A stretch of DNA of 64,000 nt. Source: the human T2T-CHM13v2.0 reference genome, Homo sapiens. Both the position numbers and the translations under genes were made by a program. The notes below the pieces were generated by a model that had not been told where the DNA came from, did not search any database, and worked only from the letters and a program-made list of their open reading frames with translations. Where the stretch lies: the NCBI RefSeq assembly GCF_009914755.1, contig NC_060943.1; one strand, 5' to 3'. This document shows, in pieces, positions 52,071 through 64,000 of this stretch. How positions within the stretch are numbered: the first letter of the stretch is position 1; each line of letters starts with the position of its first letter.

Positions 52071-52783
52071 CTACAAGACTCGTGACCATGCAGGGCAGTG
52101 GGGGCCCATCAGAAGCCAAGAGTCTCATCAGGGACCTGGAGGCACCAGAGTTCAGGAGAGCTGCAGGCAGCTGGGGTCTGATATGCAAAAGTGACTACAG
52201 GAGGACCCCCACTTCTGCCCATAGTGTTCTCCCAGTGCCCCTGAGCCTTTGCCGATGACCTCCCAGTCATCTGCTCTATGGCGCTTCCCCATTGGGGGAC
52301 TGTCCTTTTCTTCACAGTATTTAAGAAATAAAAATTAGATTTTCCTGGCCAACAAAAAAAGTAAGTAACTTGGCTTCTCTGACCCTCAATCTCCTCCTTT
52401 GCACAGTTGGGCCAATGGTGAGCACCCAGGAGCATCCTTCATCCCACTAGAGGTGCCTGCCACTGGGTAGGGCAGATGTGGTGGTGGCTGGTGCAGGCTT
52501 CCCAGAACATCTCATCGCCCCTGCCCACCACCTGGCCACTGCAACCAACTGGGCTTGTCTAGAAAGACACCTGCCTACCCACCCAACCCTGCAGGCTCTG
52601 GGGTATTGGTCTCTGAATTTGGCTGAGCTACAGGATGGAGACCACCCTCAACTGCTCCCATCATCAGAGGTGCAGAACAGAAGTCGGTGTGGGGGGCACT
52701 TGTTCCCCCCAGCTGTGCTGATTTCACACTGGCGGAGAAGAGGACCCTTGCTGATAGCGGACTGCTCTTTTATTTTTTTATGA

Positions 52784-52987
<204 letters not shown>

Positions 52988-53229
52988 TGATCTCGAACTC
53001 CTGACCTCAGGTGATCCGCCCGCCTCGGCCTCCCAAAGTGCTGGGATTACAAGTGTGAACCACTGCTCCCGGCCGATAGCGGATTACTCTTAATGCCCCC
53101 AGCTGCTGCAGGAGTGGAAGAGGCCAGTCCAGCCCCGACTGTGAAGGTCTGGCCTTTACTCAAAGCAACTGTGGTCCTCAGAACTCCGGGATCATCCCGT
53201 TTCTTGCTCCAACCCCTGGGTCCCAGGTC

Positions 53230-53960
53230 CCCAGCGCGCCCACCCCAGTGCTCCGTGCTTGCTGGTCCCTGGAGGGCCCCCTTACTGGGAACCCTTCCTC
53301 CCCGTGAAGGCTGCCGGCGGGACAAACAGTGAGGGGTGAGGCAGGGAGGGAGACTCACGTTGGGGACCTCCCCCAAGTCTGGGTAACACCGTCTTGGCCG
53401 CGGCCCGCGGGTTGGGAAGGTAGGGGGCAGTGAGCCGTAGCGGAGAGGCTGGCCCCAGCCCGCCACGCCGCTTCCCCACGCTCGCAGCCACGCGGAGCCG
53501 CGTCCTGGTCCAGCCTCACCCACCCAGAGCAAGAGGCGGAGGAACTGGAACAGCGCCCGGGCCCGTGGGCTGCCACTGGCCGCAGCAACGGGACGAGTGA
53601 GAGCACCTGCCCCCGACGCGTCTTAACTGCTCTGGTGGGGCGGGGCTGACCGTGCAAGCCCCGCCCCAGTCTAAGCCCCTCCTACAAAGCCCGGCCCCTT
53701 ACCATAAGCGCCATCTGTCAGGCTCCGCCCACTGTCTTAAATCCCACTCACTCTGCCCTGCCCCTGACTCGGAGCCATATAGCAAGCCCCGCCCATAGCC
53801 ATAAGCCACGCCCACCCAGCCCTGCCCCTGGGCTCTAAGTGTCATTTATCTAGTCACGGCCCCGGCTAGAAGCCACACCCACCAGGCCCGGCCCCACCTC
53901 TAAGCCCCACTCACCCGGCCATGTGGTTTGGGACAGGGAAGTAGGCTAGGGGCCGCCGCC
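53230..53960. promoter_or_regulatory. CpG-rich island with a cluster of SP/KLF boxes ~2 kb upstream of CCL25
   Basis: Elevated CpG 53230-53660; repeated AAGCC(C/A)C(G/A)CCC-like motifs 53655-53910. Confidence 0.65.
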
Positions 53961-54200
53961 TCTGGGCTCCCAGTGGAAGGGGAGAAATGAGAAAGGAGTT
54001 TAGGATGTGATAAATACCCACAGAGGTCAGATGTAGCTATGGATGCAGGCGATAAAAAGTTTAAAGCAATCAGCTGTGCGGCCTCTGCAGCGCTCCTTTC
54101 GCCCTCCCTAATCTTCACCTCGTGTCTCCCCCAGTCCCTGTGTCCTGGCTGGGTCCTGCTGCCCCAGGGAAAGAAGACATGCCTTCTCCCATCCTGGCTA

Positions 54201-54647
<447 letters not shown>

Positions 54648-54650
54648 TAG

Positions 54651-55210
<560 letters not shown>

Positions 55211-55749
55211 TAACCATCACTCTCATCTAATTTCAGAACAAAAGGAAACCCATACCCTCTCACAGTCAGTCCTTCATTCTCCCCTCCCCCCATCCTGTGG
55301 CCACCGCTAATTTACTTTCTGTTTCTATGGATTTGCCTGTGATCACAACCAGAGGATTTCTGTGACATGCTAAGTTACCTAACCATGGTGTGGAAGGAGA
55401 GGGAAATGGAGTGAAGTTGGGGACCCACCAGGGAACAGGTGGCTTGAGGGCGGGGGGAGCATGAAGGTAAGGGCTTGTTTGGGGGCTCAAGGCAGTCTGA
55501 GCCTTGTTCGCAGGCAGCCAGTGTCCACCAGGTGTGTGCAGGTGAGGGAAACAGGGGAAAAGGCCCTTTCTGGAGACAGTAGGGGTGCTGGCTGGGAGGC
55601 CTGGGATGGGGAGTGGGGAGGCAAGGGGGCCTGTGGGTCGAGGTTGGAGCTTGCTGTAGAAGAGGGAGAATTCCAGAGGCTGAGAGTGCAGGTGGAGAGG
55701 AGGAGGAAGGGAGGAGGGCGGGCAGGGGGTGGCTGGGTGGGGCTTTGTC

Positions 55750-55756
55750 TATAAAG
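55750..55756 (+). promoter_or_regulatory. CCL25: CCL25 TATA box with upstream GC/KLF boxes
   Basis: TATAAAG ~30 nt upstream of exon 1; ggagggcggg and gggtgggg immediately 5'. Confidence 0.85.
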
Positions 55757-55782
55757 AGTGAAGCTCAGCGTGTTGGTCCTGC

Positions 55783-55843
55783 AGATGGGACAGCTTGGCC
55801 TACAGCCCGGCGGGCATCAGCTCCCTTGACCCAGTGGATATCG
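55783..55843 (+). other. CCL25: CCL25 exon 1 (non-coding)
   Basis: AGATGGGACAGC...GGATATCG|GTGAGT donor; matches the recalled mRNA leader; TSS approximate. Confidence 0.85.
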
Positions 55844-56070
55844 GTGAGTCTTTTCCTTGAACATGACTGAGATGAACAGCTTTTCCCTCCAGCACAACTT
55901 GTTCCTACTTTATACAACCTCCTTCCCTTGCCATATGCCTGGGGCTTAAGAGGGGGGATGTTCCCAGTACCCACTCCCCTCCTCTTCCTCAGTCCTTACC
56001 ACTTCCCTCCACGACCCCAGGTGGCCCCGTTATTCGTCCAGGTGCCCAGGGAGGAGGACCCGCCTGCAGC

Positions 56071-60941
<4,871 letters not shown>

Positions 60942-61194
60942 GTAAGGACTCTTGGTCATGTGACTGTCTCCCATCCATCACCTTTGCTGAGGGTTGAGGG
61001 CTCGTGATTGGCTCACACTGGGACAGGAGATTCACCTCCAGGACCCAGGAGAGGTGGTTGTGCAGTCAGTGCCGCAGATTCACAGGGGAGGGTCCTCGGT
61101 GGCTGTCCACTGCTGTGACTCAGCGCAAAGACACCACAGCAAGTGAGAAAGTAAAGCCCCAGGGGAGTGGCCCAAGAGCTCCAGGGCCCCCCAA

Positions 61195-63525
<2,331 letters not shown>

Positions 63526-63631
63526 TCAGGCTTTCTTTTTTTCAGAGATGAGGTCTCACTCTCTCCGCCAGGCTGGAGTGCAGTGGCGCAATTGTAGCTC
63601 ACTGCCTAATTGAGCAGCTAGGACTACATAG

Positions 63632-63893
<262 letters not shown>

Positions 63894-64000
63894 TAGCCAG
63901 GATGGTCTCGATCTCCTGACTTCATGATCCACCAGCCTCAGCCTCCCAAAGTGCTGGGATTACAGGTGTGAGCCACCATGCCCGGCCTAATTTTTTTTTT

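Noticed and set aside
53285-53358. Further minus-strand acceptor (~53310) and 25-nt micro-exon ending CCA|GTAAGG
   Set aside because: The intron from the 53358 donor would be only ~49 nt, too short, so it was left out of the exon chain

Overview
Human (primate) genomic DNA, recognised from memory as chr19p13.2 between ELAVL1 and CCL25. The left end holds the non-coding first exon of ELAVL1/HuR (minus strand, ~8640 to 8490, CpG-island promoter) and part of its intron 1. The right end holds CCL25/TECK (plus strand): a TATA box at 55750, non-coding exon 1, and four coding exons (56071-56143, 59174-59291, 59388-59521, 60822-60941). The last 8 coding nt of CCL25 lie beyond the window. The ~47 kb between these head-to-head genes is very Alu-dense, with older repeats split by Alus (L1M, L2, MIR, MER3/20/33/58/91, Tigger2a, MLT1, MST, LTR19-like ERV, MER21). 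Nearly all ORF-track entries are Alu or low-complexity artefacts. The most interesting unexplained signals are listed here. (i) A phase-consistent minus-strand exon/intron chain in a CpG-rich patch 2 kb upstream of CCL25, a possible decayed gene or antisense RNA. (ii) Divergent splice donors and a CpG-preserved MIR with a perfect Pol III B-box at the ELAVL1 promoter. (iii) CCL25 uORF/AUGA and exon-skip/NAGNAG logic. (iv) An internal L1 fragment with a triple target-site duplication that interrupts an open frame ending near a poly(A) signal. Repeat subfamily names are from recalled consensus sequences and need RepeatMasker/Dfam confirmation.
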